From Trichinella spiralis (Eukaryota), in contig NW_003526941.1 of NCBI RefSeq assembly GCF_000181795.1, positions 7,691,741 through 7,755,740 of the forward strand: a DNA stretch of 64,000 bases, read 5' to 3'. The notes under the pieces are model-generated. The model saw only the letters and a list, made by a program, of their open reading frames with translations, was not told where the DNA came from and did no database searches. This document shows positions 1 to 12,299 of this stretch, one piece after another. Made by a program: the position numbers and the translations under genes. Within the stretch, counting starts at the first letter, position 1. Each line of letters begins with the position of its first letter.

Positions 1-2240
1 GGAATAAAAGTGAATCGTCATTCAGGACCATTTAAGCTGCTTTACGTGAGTAAATTGTTTTTTTTTTTTTGAATTTAATTTGAATTTAATTTGATTTGAT
101 TTTTATAGCTGTACAGAGATTTGATTTGCAATATAACGTCGTCTGAATGGATTCCGTGCGTCATGTCGGCAGTAACTTTTGTGGTGTTGATCTTTTTCAA
201 AGAATTTTTAAATCCCATCATTGCCAAACATTCCCGTTTTTCCGTACCCATTCCGAGCGATTTGATTGTTGTAAATTACGTCATTTATTGTGTGAATTTT
301 AATTAATCTTTCTTTTTGTTTTCAATTTAAGATTGTCGTCGGAACGTTGTTTTCTCATTATTTAAATCTTTCCACGTTTTCTGTCGAAATGGTCGGTGAA
401 ATTCCTTCTGGGTAATTTTTCACTTTTCAATTATGCAACGTGAAAAAGAGAAAAAATAAACATATTAAATCAATTCTTTTCAGCATTCCATCGCCAACTT
501 TGCCAAATTTGCATTTGATTCCGCACATTTTTGGCGACGCTATCAGTATTTCCATTGTTGCTTATTGTATTTCCATGTCGTTGGGGAAGCTGTTTGCTAA
601 AAAGCATCACTATGCATTGGATGCCAATCAGGTGAGTGATATTATTTTTTTTCTTGTTCTTTTAAATATTATGTTATGGTTACTGAAAAATCAATTTTGT
701 CCATATAATGTAAGGAATTGTTTGCCTTGGGAGTGATGCAGAGTATCAGCTCGATTTTCGGATGCATACCTGCCAGTGCGGCAATTGGTCGATCGATGCT
801 TTTGGAAAGCAGTGGCTGTAAGAGCCAGGTAAAGTTGCATCAACAATTCAATCAAATTAATTATTCTCTGAATAAAATTATTCTATTACAGTTTGCATCA
901 CTCATTGCTAGCTTGATACTGCTTGTTGTTATTTATTTGATTGGTCCATTGCTCAGAGATCTTCCTGTGGTAATTAATTTTTTCTTTTGTTTTTTTAAAA
1001 AAATATATATTATATTTTATTTTATTTTCAGGCGATTCTTTCAGTGATCATTGTTGTTGCATTGAAAGGCATTTTGAAACAAATTGGCGATGTGAAATTT
1101 TTATGGCATGTTTCCAAAGCAGACTTTGTACGAAAGCAATTTGAAATTTTGAAGAAAAAAAATGATTTTTTGTTCTTCTTTAATATTCTAATTTAGGCTG
1201 TTTGGTTTGTCTCATTTTGGGCTACGGTAATTTTGGATTTTACTTACGGCCTAGCAGTTGGCGTTTCTTTTGCTTTCACAGCTTTTGGATTTAAATTTAT
1301 TGGGTAAGTAATATTCTGTTTAAAATGCAATGGAATGCTTTTTAATGAGAGAATTTTTGAGAATGAAAAAAAATTATTTTCAATTTCATATTGAAATTTC
1401 AACTTTGAATTATTTCTTTATTATAGCCCAAAATTGTCAACACTTGGCTCGTTTGAAGAAACAGATCTGTACTTGGACAAGCGATTGTATTTTAAAGTAA
1501 TTCCAAGTAGAATGGTATGTGGAAGAATTGATGTTTTCAGTTTTGTCTTTTCTATAGGTAAATGATCTTCCTGATGTGCTTTTGTTCGCTTGGCGAGCTC
1601 CATTGTTCTACGGAAATGCAGTGTGGTTTGAAGAGCAGATTATTAAAATTATCGATCATTCTGCAAGTTTTAAAGGGAATTATGTGATGGTAATTTTGAA
1701 ACGTTGAAATTTATTATTCAAAAAAATTTTAGCCATTCAACGAGTGGTTGTATTTGTATATTTTGTTCAGAGGCGAAGAGGCGAGGATAACATTGTGTCT
1801 GGGGAAAGTTTAACAGAAATTACATCGTCTCTGCAACGGGATATTGAAGATGAAATAAATTTGCCTTCCAAATCCAATAAGCTCCATATTGTAATCGACT
1901 TTTCCCACGTAAGTTACGTCGATGTTGTCGGCATGAACGCATTGTCGAAGGTATTGCTTTTTAACATTTTTGTTCTGTTGTTTCTATTCTCAGTTATTCA
2001 TTATTCAAACGCAGGTAATGGCAAGAGCATCAATATTGAATGCGAACGTTAGCATAGCCTGTTGTCTGGGTAAGAAGCGACCATTTAAAAAAATAACGTT
2101 ATTTTCCAAAATTAATTCTACTCTTTTTAGATGAAGTTGAACAAACGCTCCTCAGTGCTAGTCGAGATATTCAAATGTTGAAAAATGTACATTTTTTTCC
2201 ATCAATTTACGATGCTGTTTGCTATTATACTCGTTGTTGA
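1..2240 (+). CDS. SLC26/SulP anion transporter (prestin/sulp-like) with C-terminal STAS domain; 5'-truncated by the window, ~13 exons visible
   Basis: Spliced exons give PIPSDLIV, VGEIPSG-IPSP, DAISISIVAYCISMSLGKLFAKKHHYALDANQE, SIFGCIPASAAIGRS...SGCKSQ, PLFYGNA, HIVIDFSHVSYVDVVG and a final exon 2131-2240 ending FFPSIYDAVCYYTRC*. These are SLC26 TM and STAS motifs, separated by GT-AG introns. Confidence 0.93.
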
Positions 2241-2243
2241 TTT

Positions 2244-2290
2244 ATCATTATTATTATTATTATTGTTGTTGTTGTTGTTGTTGTTGTTGT
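2244..2290. repeat. (TTA)n/(TTG)n compound microsatellite
   Basis: Directly visible after the SLC26 stop codon. Confidence 0.9.
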
Positions 2291-2517
2291 TTTTCAAATT
2301 GTTCCTTATTATTCAATGTTGTAAAAGTAAAGCATTTTATTCACAAATCTGTTTGCGTTTAGTTGGAATCAACAACAGTCTACAACTATTTGAATATATA
2401 TTGTTTTTTTTCTCTTTTGATTTTCAATTTTTCAGAACAATCATTTTAGCTATTGGAAATATGAATATTAATATGTTGGTGTGAACTTCTGAATCGAAAG
2501 TGGACAAAAATATATAG

Positions 2518-3187
2518 ATGGACGATTTTGATTTGAAAATCAACGAAATTGAGAATCAGATTTCTCAACTTTTTGATGTAATACGTCTGGAATTGAGAAT
2601 GCATAATTTTATCTTTCATTAACTGGATTTATTCACGTTGTCAGGTATTTTAGGATCCATTTTTGAAAAATAGTCTATCCTCAAAAGTGACGATCGATGA
2701 ACTGCGCCAGGAAATTGCAATTTTACAAAATGGATCATTGAAAATATTCATCAGACGTTTCGACGGCAAAACAATAGGTATTGAATGTTTTGGATGAGGA
2801 TTGAATTATTCCATTTAATGCATAAATTAAGAAATTGATATTGACAAAAATGCTACAGTGAAAGAGTTGAAAAAAGTCATACAGAGAACATTCAGCCGCA
2901 AATTGTACAACGAGTCATCAATCAAACATATCAACTGGTATGAAATATGAATAGAAAAGAGCAAGAATTGTTCTTTTGGTTTTTTGTTACAGGGCTTATG
3001 TTTGGCGTACATATTGGTTACGATTCAATCAACAAAAGCTTACTGATAATCGAGCACATATTTACCGGTATGTTGTTGTTATTTTGATGAAAAGGTTCTG
3101 CATATTTATTTTCATTCACTTGTGCACAGACTCGGCATAAGAGATGGATGTACGTTGCAGTTTTCGAAACGTTTGAAGAGAAAATGA
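2518..3187 (+). CDS. SNRNP25: U11/U12 snRNP 25 kDa protein (minor spliceosome, ubiquitin-like fold); exons 2518-2577, 2654-2777, 2832-2937, 2993-3067, 3130-3187
   Basis: Hand-spliced in frame: MDDFDLKINEIENQISQLFD-DPFLKNSLSSKVTIDELRQEIAILQNGSLKIFIRRFDGKTIEIDIDKNATVKELKKVIQRTFSRKLYNESSIKHINWAYVWRTYWLRFNQQKLTDNRAHIYRLGIRDGCTLQFSKRLKRK*. This matches the SNRNP25 pattern DP...VT.EE..IAL..G...ATV..LKK.IQR...HISW.YVWRTY.L...KLT...GIR....F.K.L as I recall it. Confidence 0.9.
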
Positions 3188-3195
3188 AAAAAAAA

Positions 3196-3238
3196 CATAC
3201 ATATACATATACATATACATATATATATATGTATATAT
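3196..3238. repeat. (CATATA)n/(TA)n microsatellite
   Basis: Directly visible. Confidence 0.85.
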
Positions 3239-3345
3239 CTTTTGGTTTCCACAGTGACATTGGAATTCAAAAAAGGCTATTTTTATTAATCAATAATAAA
3301 TGATAATAGTAATTGGATAAGTGACAAAAAAATGGGGGAAAAAGT

Positions 3346-4005
3346 TCAAACACTTTTGTAATGCAATTTAGCACAGGTTGTACCGTCGTTGCAGATGAAC
3401 ATCGGTTCATTGGTATCCGGGTCCAGGTAAGAAGTTAGACGAATTGTTTTCCCAGTTTGAAATTGCAGTTTCTCGAAAAGTGCTTGCGACTTGTAATTGG
3501 TCGCAACTGCAACTATAAATTTGCATTTCAATTGTTCGGCTCTTCGAATGGACGCTTCGGTCGCCAGTCGACCAAGTCCTCTTCTGTAGTACTGCGGATG
3601 CACGGACAGTGTGCAAATTTCCAAATAACTGCTGCCATTCGGAATCACCTCCAGCAAACCTTGTCGCATGAAATTGACAAAATTGTTCATTTTGTTGATT
3701 TTTCTCTCATAATCCACTCCATCCTCATCCTCTGCGTTCAACTGTCCATTCATCACCGTGCCCAGTTGATTCAACGCGCAGGCTACAATTTGACCATTGT
3801 CCACTCGACGGATTAAAATTGAACTGTCACTTTTCAAACAGTGCAGGGTGGAATTTTTGAAATACAATTCGCATTCGTCCTTTTCAAGCTTGATTGCTTT
3901 GTTCAACGGCTCTTCGAACAGAAAACCTTCGTTGAGTAAGTTGACCAATTCCATCAAATGTTCTGGTTTGGCATTTTCCACTTTGTAGGCAGTTGAATTT
4001 TCCAT
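3346..4005 (-). CDS. GNAT N-acetyltransferase, arylalkylamine/dopamine N-acetyltransferase-like; single coding exon
   Basis: FLFEEPLN resembles the insect AANAT FxxDEPLN motif. Acetyl-CoA motif LSVHPQYYRRGLGRL, then ATNYKSQALFEKLQF. ATG at 4005. Confidence 0.88.
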   Translation of the reverse strand: MENSTAYKVENAKPEHLMELVNLLNEGFLFEEPLNKAIKLEKDECELYFKNSTLHCLKSDSSILIRRVDNGQIVACALNQLGTVMNGQLNAEDEDGVDYERKINKMNNFVNFMRQGLLEVIPNGSSYLEICTLSVHPQYYRRGLGRLATEASIRRAEQLKCKFIVAVATNYKSQALFEKLQFQTGKTIRLTSYLDPDTNEPMFICNDGTTCAKLHYKSV

Positions 4006-4579
4006 CGCTCGCAACGTTCTCGGCTATGGTGGAATGTCTGCACTGAACAGAGTTTGCTTTCCAAAACTATATTCAAAATGAATTTATCGATTCAATTTTC
4101 CACCCGATTATTGCGCAATTAACAGCAAGAAAATGCCTTTCCAATCGCATTGAGGAAATATTGATGTTTTCTCATCTATGAAATTCATTCTCGATCGGTG
4201 AGCATACCTTGGATTTTATTCTTTTTTTCTGCTTTTATAAAACTTTTCCTCACAATTAATACCTGAAATAAAATCTCTAGAAATGAAAAAAATTATGTCA
4301 TTTCACATTTTAACAAATTAAATATTGTGAAAGAAAGCGAATCACGTTTTCACTTGTGATCTTTGGCTTTTCATTAATTATTTTCATAAACAGTTCGCAT
4401 ACATACCTAAAGTCAATAATAAATAAGTTTCACGGAAAAATATTTATTCAACTTTGATATGTGTTTATTTTTTCTTTTTTTTGTTCAACTAATATATTTT
4501 TCTGTCCCTTTTTTATCTTTATTCCATATTTACTGGCACTTTACGAGTACAAGTATTTGAGACAGTATCAGTGAAAAGT

Positions 4580-4678
4580 AGGCATTATTTGTAATTGGGT
4601 GATTTTGAAATTTTGCTGACGTGGCAAAACAATACGTAGGCGGGAAATTTCAAAATCGACCAATCACTGATAATGCCT
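4580..4678. repeat. Imperfect inverted repeat with ~34-bp arms in the divergent GNAT/rae1 intergenic region
   Basis: aggcattatttgtaattgggtgattttgaaattt pairs with aaatttcaaaatcgaccaatcactgataatgcct, with 3 mismatches and 2 G-U pairs on the + strand. Confidence 0.8.
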
Positions 4679-5921
4679 GTGATTTATTGTTATTGTTACT
4701 TGTTGTGATGTATACAATTTCATTTCAACCTTAATTATATCCGTTGAAGGTTCTGGTAATTTTTTTAAAATTTGGTTTGTTTATCGCAAGGAATAAGAAT
4801 TTTTTTCTTGTAAAATGCACCAGTTAATGCGAATCATTTGACATTTGACGAAATAACAATAACGTTTTGGAAAATTGACAATAGCACCAAAAAAGAAACA
4901 GAAGACAACAAAATATATGAACTGAAAAAAGAAACTGGAAACAGTTTTTTGTTTCAAGAGTATGTTTATTCGCGTTTTTGATTTTTATCATTACTTAAAA
5001 GAATTCAGAACACAGCACTAATTATTCTTTTGGGAAAAATGCTTTTTTGAATGAAATTACGTAAAAGCATGAAATATTTCTTTTCATTTACAAGTATATT
5101 CAATACTGATGAAGCCAAAAAGCGCAACTGACGTAGATGAACAGGTGCATGCACTTTCGGCATTACTTCCACACTTTTGTCTTTTTTTGCATAACGATTT
5201 ATGTTTTGTCAGCTTCAAGGTTCTTTTGCCATCGTTATCACTGAATGTTTATCGTGTAGTAGTGATATTTTCTTTCCGATAAGAAAATGCTTTTTTACTT
5301 AAATTTATTTTAAAATTTTTGATTTTTGAACTAAAATAAATGCTTTTTTTATTGTATATATGCATATTTATTTATTTATTTATTTATTAAAATCGTTTAA
5401 AACATTCTTATATGCAATTAATGTTGTAGGAAAATTTTGTCATAAATGGTTTGTTCTAGCAGTCTTAATCTCATTGTTGTTTCCTGTTGATTTATTTTGA
5501 TAAGGTGACATTCGGTGTTGAAGTTTGCTTTTTTTTGTTTGTTTTAGATGTTTAATTTATTTTTAAATCTATGTTTTTAACTTAATTTAGTAATTTTCTT
5601 GTGTTTTATTTAAAATTTATTCGGTAACTTACGTTTGTAATTTAAAAATTATATCTTTAACCTTCATTTCATAAAAACTACAGTATGCATTTATTTTTCA
5701 TATCTTTACTAAGAAAGTTTAAGATGAAATATCATCACTAAGTATTTTTATTGTTTGAAAAGTCCGCTTTTTTTGTTTAATTTTTCCCAAGTACATCCAT
5801 AAAATATATTATTCAAGTCGAAATTAGGCCGGTTGCTATACATTTTGTTTTATTGAAATAATGATATTTTTATTCTAAAAGTTTTCATTTTTCAGTTTTC
5901 TTTGATCTTTGCCTATCAATT

Positions 5922-7696
5922 ATGTTTTCCTCACTTACAAGCAGTGCTTTGCGCCCAACTTCTACCCCGTTTGCTGCTGCTGCGGCGTTGAGTAGTTCTG
6001 CTGGTGCTCATAATCCAAATAAAGATTTCGAAGTTGTGCAACCGCCTGATGACACTGTTCAAGCGTTGAAGTTTAGTCCGCCAGCGCTTGCGCAAAATTT
6101 TTTAGTATCTGGCAGCTGGGATAATGTAGTAAGTTGTATTTGATAAATTTTCTATGATCTGCCTACTTATGACGGACGTCATAACAACAATTAATACTAT
6201 GTTTTTGTTTTGTTTTGCTTTATTTTGTCATGTAAATGGTTTTAATTTTTTTATTATATTAGCTCCGAGTGTGGGAAGTGAAACAGGATGGATCAACAGA
6301 GCCTAAAGCTGAGCAACGAATTCAAGGACCGGTGATGCAAGTTGACTGGTCTGATGTAAAGCATTCTTCATTTTGCAATATTCGAGTCATTTTAAAGTCA
6401 TTTCTTTATTTTTTTTGTTACCTTCATTAGGATGGTACTAAGATTTTTGTTGCATCAGCAGATCGCCAGGTCCGTGTTTGGGACGTTTCAAGCAATCAGA
6501 TGGCTACCATTGGTCAGGTAAAATGCAATCATGAACATAATTTTTTGTTTTTTCTTTCTTTTGGAAAATTGAAATTTTTAGCATGATCAAACAGTTTCAA
6601 CCTGCAATTGGGTGCACTCCCCCACATATAGCTGTTTAATTACAGGTTCATGGGACAAAACAGTCAAGGTGCGTGCATTTTAATATTGTTATTTTTTTAT
6701 CAAGTTGAATTTTCTAGTTTTTTTTCTTTTTTTTATAGTTTTGGGATATGAGAACTCCGAACACTCCCGCTGGTGTTGTTAGCATGCCAGAACGCGTTTA
6801 TTTTGTTGACGTGGTGAGTCATTGAATTATTTTTGGTATTTGAGATGATTATGAAAAATTGCTATTCAGTTATTTGTTATTATACAAATGCGAACTTCAA
6901 TTGTAAAAGTTTAGTTGTATCCAATGGGCGTTGCTTGTCTTGCGAATAGAGAGATCAAAATTTACAAATTGGACGGTCAGCCTGTTGAGGTGAAGTCGAT
7001 GGAATCGCCACTGAAGTATCAAGTATGTTTGCAGTTAGTTTGAAAAAGTCCGAATCCAACTGCTTCGATATTGTTATGAATTATTATTTTTATGCAGACT
7101 CGAAGCGTGAGCATTTTTAAAGATAAAACAAATGGTGCACCTGTTGGTTATGCAGTGGGATCCCTCGAAGGACGTGTAGCTATTCAGTATGTGGAAACTG
7201 TTGATCCTAAAGCGAATTTTACATTCAAATGTCATCGATCTCCGGAATTGGTCAACGGTTTTCAAGAAATTTATTCCGTATGAAAAAAAGAGAATTATTT
7301 GAAGCATATTTTTATGCTAATAGCTAAATAAAAATGATAACGTACTTTCAGGTGAATGATATAGCGTTTCATCCACAGCATGGGACTTTGGCTACTGTTG
7401 GATCGGACGGTCGTTATTCATTTTGGGATAAAGATGCACGAACAAAGTTGAAAATGTCAGAAAAACTTCAGAATTCAATAACACGTTGCTGTTTCAACAA
7501 GACTGGAGATATATTTGCATATGCCGTTGGATACGATTGGTCAAAGGTTAGTTTTTTGATTTTTTTTAAAGTATCATTTTATATGATGATTTACGTCATA
7601 AAATTTTAGGGTCACGAGTTTCACAATCCTCAGACGAAAAATTATATTTTCTTGCATGCTTGTTTTGAAGATTTAAAGCCCAGAGTGAAGAAATGA
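5922..7696 (+). CDS. RAE1: mRNA export factor Rae1/Gle2 (WD40), ~9 exons
   Basis: [109 protein letters not shown]; stop at 7694-7696. Confidence 0.96.
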
Positions 7697-10600
7697 TTCA
7701 TTCTCACTGGCAGCATTATTAATATGATGAAAAATTAATTTCTTGTTTTTCTGCACTATTTGTATAATTTTTGACTGATGACTTCAAAAAAACAATTATT
7801 CTGTTTTGTTTTTTGTATTTGGTCTTCTGTTGAGTTGTGTAGCTTGGAGTAAGTAATTTGACTAGCAGTTCTTGATATTCTTGCTATTGAGTTTGTTTTG
7901 TTTTCTTTTTTATGGTAATTATAATTTATCGAAGATGACGAAGAGCAATTGTTTTTTAAATGTGCAAAAAAATAATCGAGATCTCGACATTCGGCGTACG
8001 GTAAAAATGTCACATTCTGCGCTTCGATCCAATTCATCGATTTTGTTCACCGAAAGGTAAAAAAATGCTTTATTACCGAACGTTTGATGAATTGTTTTTC
8101 AATTTTAATTATGTTAATTTCTTCACTCGAGCGAAGGGGAATGATTTGAGTTTAAATTTGAATTTTCAAATTGTTGTGATTGCGATTTCTTTCCATTTTG
8201 TTTTTGAAATCATCGTTGGAAATGCAAGTTCAAGCACATTATAGATGTGTTTTCCTTCTATTTTAATTAACTTTTGTTATTTAAATGACACCAATGCAAC
8301 AATAATTATTCATTTTCGCTTAGCTCAATAATTTTACACTTTCTGATTGAAAATTGTTACTTGTATTTATTTATTTGTTTTTTCATTTTGGATATATTGT
8401 CAAATTATGTTATACTGGTATTTAATAGAAATTAATTATTTATTAATATATAATATAATTATTTAATAGAAATTTAATAGAAAAGTGCAGATGTCATTCA
8501 TTTTGCACCACTGCTAGCAATAATTGATTTTTCATTGTTCGGCACGTGACTTGAGAGCTTTTGTATTGAGTATTTTTGAAGATGAATCTTTTTCGACTTA
8601 TCAAATTACTTCACCTTAAAAACTTACCTTATTAAGCAGGTAAATGTGAAAATTTATTTCTTTCTGTGATGAATACCAGATGTAAATTAATATCTGCATA
8701 TTGTAAGAGGTAGTAATTTTATTTATTTATGTTAATTGATCGGTTTTGCTTCCAAAATGGTATGAATTTAGATTTTCTTTCGTAGGGTCGAGGAATTCAA
8801 TTTCAAATTAAATAGTGTTAGATCTTTTTAAGTGCGAGTAAATTTAATTTTTGCAAGCAAATCACTTTGCCCAACAATATACTGTTCAAAAATTATTTGA
8901 AGCGAAGGCAATTTTCAGCGCAGACGACAGGACGGCGGCGCATTTTGATGATAAGCTTGCTTTTTAAAGCTTCAAAAGGGGCCAATAATTGATCACATTG
9001 CAGTGCTGTTGAATCAAATTGTTGCTTTTCTCAGTGCATATTAATTAAAACAACTGATTGTAATTACAATGATAAAATTGAGGAAGATTGTATTATTTAT
9101 TTTTTGTTTTATTTAGATTAAAAAAATATTAATTAAAGCTTTCTTTTATTATTGTTGATCTAGATTGTTGGTTTAATTTCTCTCAATTTTGCAATTATCA
9201 TCTTCGACAATCTTTCTGAAGTGTTGAAAAAAAAAATTTTTTTTTTCACAATGTGTTGTTTATTATTAATGAAAATGTTATTTATTCAACTTATCACTCT
9301 TTACAGTATTGATTTGTAAAAAGATGGAAAAGCTTCACATGTCAGGGCGTTTTCCGTAAAATTCCATATTATTATTTATAAGAAAAATATTTTTTGGTGA
9401 ATTCAAGTAATGCAAAGTGATCTCTGGTTGTCAGGAGATTTGTTTTTCAATCAATCAATTTACATTTGCTGAACATATAAGCTACGTGATTTATTTTAGA
9501 AACACTCTTTCATCATATGGTTGTAATTTTACAGCAGCCTGGCAACCTCTGTATACTCTGTTTGTGTTATTCCTATTCAAAAATATTTTAATTCATCTCA
9601 ATTTACAGAAGTATCCAATTGCATTTGCATATTGACTAATTACGCTGTTAGGGGAAATTTTGTTCAGCTTTTCAAATTTCACTCTGCATGTCACGTAGAA
9701 TGTACTGTCGTCTACTTATTTATAAGCTAATTTTAATCAGAAATGGTGAAAACAATGTATTATTTAGTTTAGAATAATAATAACTTTATCGAGAATCAGT
9801 TTAGTATGGTTGTTTTTCTTTTTAGAATTTTTTAAATGATTTTTTATAACTTGGTTGTATTGTTTGAAAAATGTAAGAATCTTATATTATTTGACATTCT
9901 TATTAAAAAGTAAACATAATGTTTTAAACTTGTATATTGATGATTGTTGGAGAATTATGTTCAACGGTAACAATTAATAATAATCATGGCAAATTATTAA
10001 TTAACAAATGGTTTTTTTTTCTTCTCTTTTCTTTTTGAGTGAATAAGTGCTTTTGTATGATTTTGATTGAATATGTATCATATCTGTTTATTGATAATAA
10101 TTGTATTTGTTTAAGATTGTCAAATGATAATTTTATGGAGTATTTTTAAAGAAAGTGAAGGAGAAAATTTATTTAAATACGTCTTAAAATTGAAACAAAC
10201 TTGCAAATCGAACAGTAATAATAATAATAGTAATAATAGCGACAATTATTATAAAATTGAAAACATTCAACAGTTCAAATTGAAATCCAACCCAACGTGC
10301 TTGTCGAATCAGGCAATTAGGTAAATTACTTGCCGGCGCTCGGGGATGCAGGTTGTGCACATCAGATAAAGGGCAAACTCGACGGCTTACTGAGATTGTT
10401 GCTTAAATTGGCAATCAAATTTCAAAAGAACCGTATTTCATACGTTGCATATTTGAAATCCATTTATGATTAAAAATAAAAATGGAAAGCGCGCATAAAT
10501 ATTGACTATGAAATTAATTGACTATTCAATTTTGTTAATTTTAAGAGCATTTACAAAAATGCGTTTGTAGTTGATGATGTAGATTAAGTGAAAATATATA

Positions 10601-12299
10601 TCCATGAACTGTTTTTTTTTACCTTCTCAAGTTGAAGTGAATTGTTTGTTTGTTTATTTTATTGTATCAAGCAGTTGTAGCCTTCGTTGGAGACGAGCAA
10701 CGTTTTTGAATGGAAGATTGCAATCGACAGTTTTGCAATTGGTTTTGTTTCTCAGCAGAGCAGGATCGAGCGATATAGGCGAATAAGGCTTCTTCTTCAT
10801 CTTAGGCGAAGCTCTGGAGAGTTGTTGTTGTTGTTGTTGTTGTTGCTCTTATACTTATCGTATATGCTAATGGGTTTCTTAAATGAACAAATGTATATAT
10901 ATGCAGATGTATGTATCATCTATGAATAAGTAATGTATTGAATATTGAAAAAAAATTTTTTTCAAAATATATTTAAGTATGTTTGTTTTTTTTGGAAAAG
11001 TGGTAAAAAGAAATGATCAAAATGAAGCTTCAGAAATTATTTGCATTAAACTTGATTCCACCAATGTTAAACTGAGACAGAAAGTGTTGATTTTAGCTTG
11101 TGTAAAAGCTAAAAATTGGAAACTGACTGCCTTTTGTCGTTTGATTTTTTTTATTGATTTTGCATTGGTTTACTGTTTGTTGTGTAATTTGTTGCTTCTC
11201 CTCTTTGTTCGGCAAGTGCCTTCTTGCCTTCACTTGCCATCCACCCTTGTTGTTTGTTTCAACAAGCTCAGTTGTCAGTTATTATTAATAATTTGTATTT
11301 TCTTTTCAAATCGAAGTCAAAAATTATGACACGAAGAAAATTACATCATTTCCAATATTATAAATAAGCAGACATTTAAAATAATAGTTAATGTTGTTGT
11401 TGTTGATGATGATGATAGTAGGCTTTTCAGAGTTTTTATTTGAATAATTTATTTGTTCAGTGTCGACAAAAATGAGATAGTGCATAACTTTTTTGACAAT
11501 TTATGTATGTTGAAAAGTTTCCACATGCAAAAGGGATGTGCTATTTTTTTGTTTAAATTTTTTCAGCAGTTTCAACTGTTGATATTTCATTGATATCATT
11601 TTCAATAATTTTTCACACGTTTGGTTTTTTGGTGTTGGTTGTTAAAAATTTTTTTACTTCTTTACATTGGTTGGCTGGACGATTGGTTGGTTAGTTGATT
11701 GGTTGGTTTGAAATTGTTCCGTCCCATGACAGCGGTTCCTCTTTTAGCATGGCTCATCTTTTGCTTTGCAATGAATGCCAAAACTGACGAATGGCGGCGG
11801 AAGCAAGTTTCCTTGCTTGAACTTATATTATAAAATGGGTGAGATCGATGCGACCCCAGACATTGAAGCGTCCAGATAGTGAAAACGTTTTGGTCCTAGG
11901 GTACCCCGGGCTTCCTGGGTCCGTTTGCATTGGTCGCGTGATATAAATTGAAGTCGCGCGTCATTGACACGGCAAATCGATCCTCCTTTTGTCAAATCGT
12001 CAGGAAATTCCAATCACTTGTTGGTTTGCTTTTATGCGAATTCTACATCCGGATCAGTACTGTCACTTTGGGGTGGTTTGCTTTATTTTAATTGCAATTT
12101 TAATTTTCTTCTTTTTCCTTTCTCTTTTCACAGAAATCACACATTGCATCACAAAAGATCACGTATTCCAAGTATTCCGCTTTGTCATTATATTAGAATG
12201 AAAGAGAAGACGTGAAAGCTTGTTTTTGTTCAAACAGCAGAAGTGGAAACTGCAAGAAGCACAGCAACAATTCCAACACCATTCACCAGTCTGATCACC

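Noticed and set aside
4727..4800. SL-RNA-like AACCTTAATTATATCCGTTGAAG|GTT with AACCTT/AAGGTT pairing
   Set aside because: The donor is weak (GTTCTG), there is no convincing Sm site or stem-loops II/III, and the length is too short. A cmscan or SL-read search would be needed.
7872..11330. Short ORFs between rae1 and the NCS gene
   Set aside because: They are low-complexity, microsatellite-driven frames without supporting splice structure.
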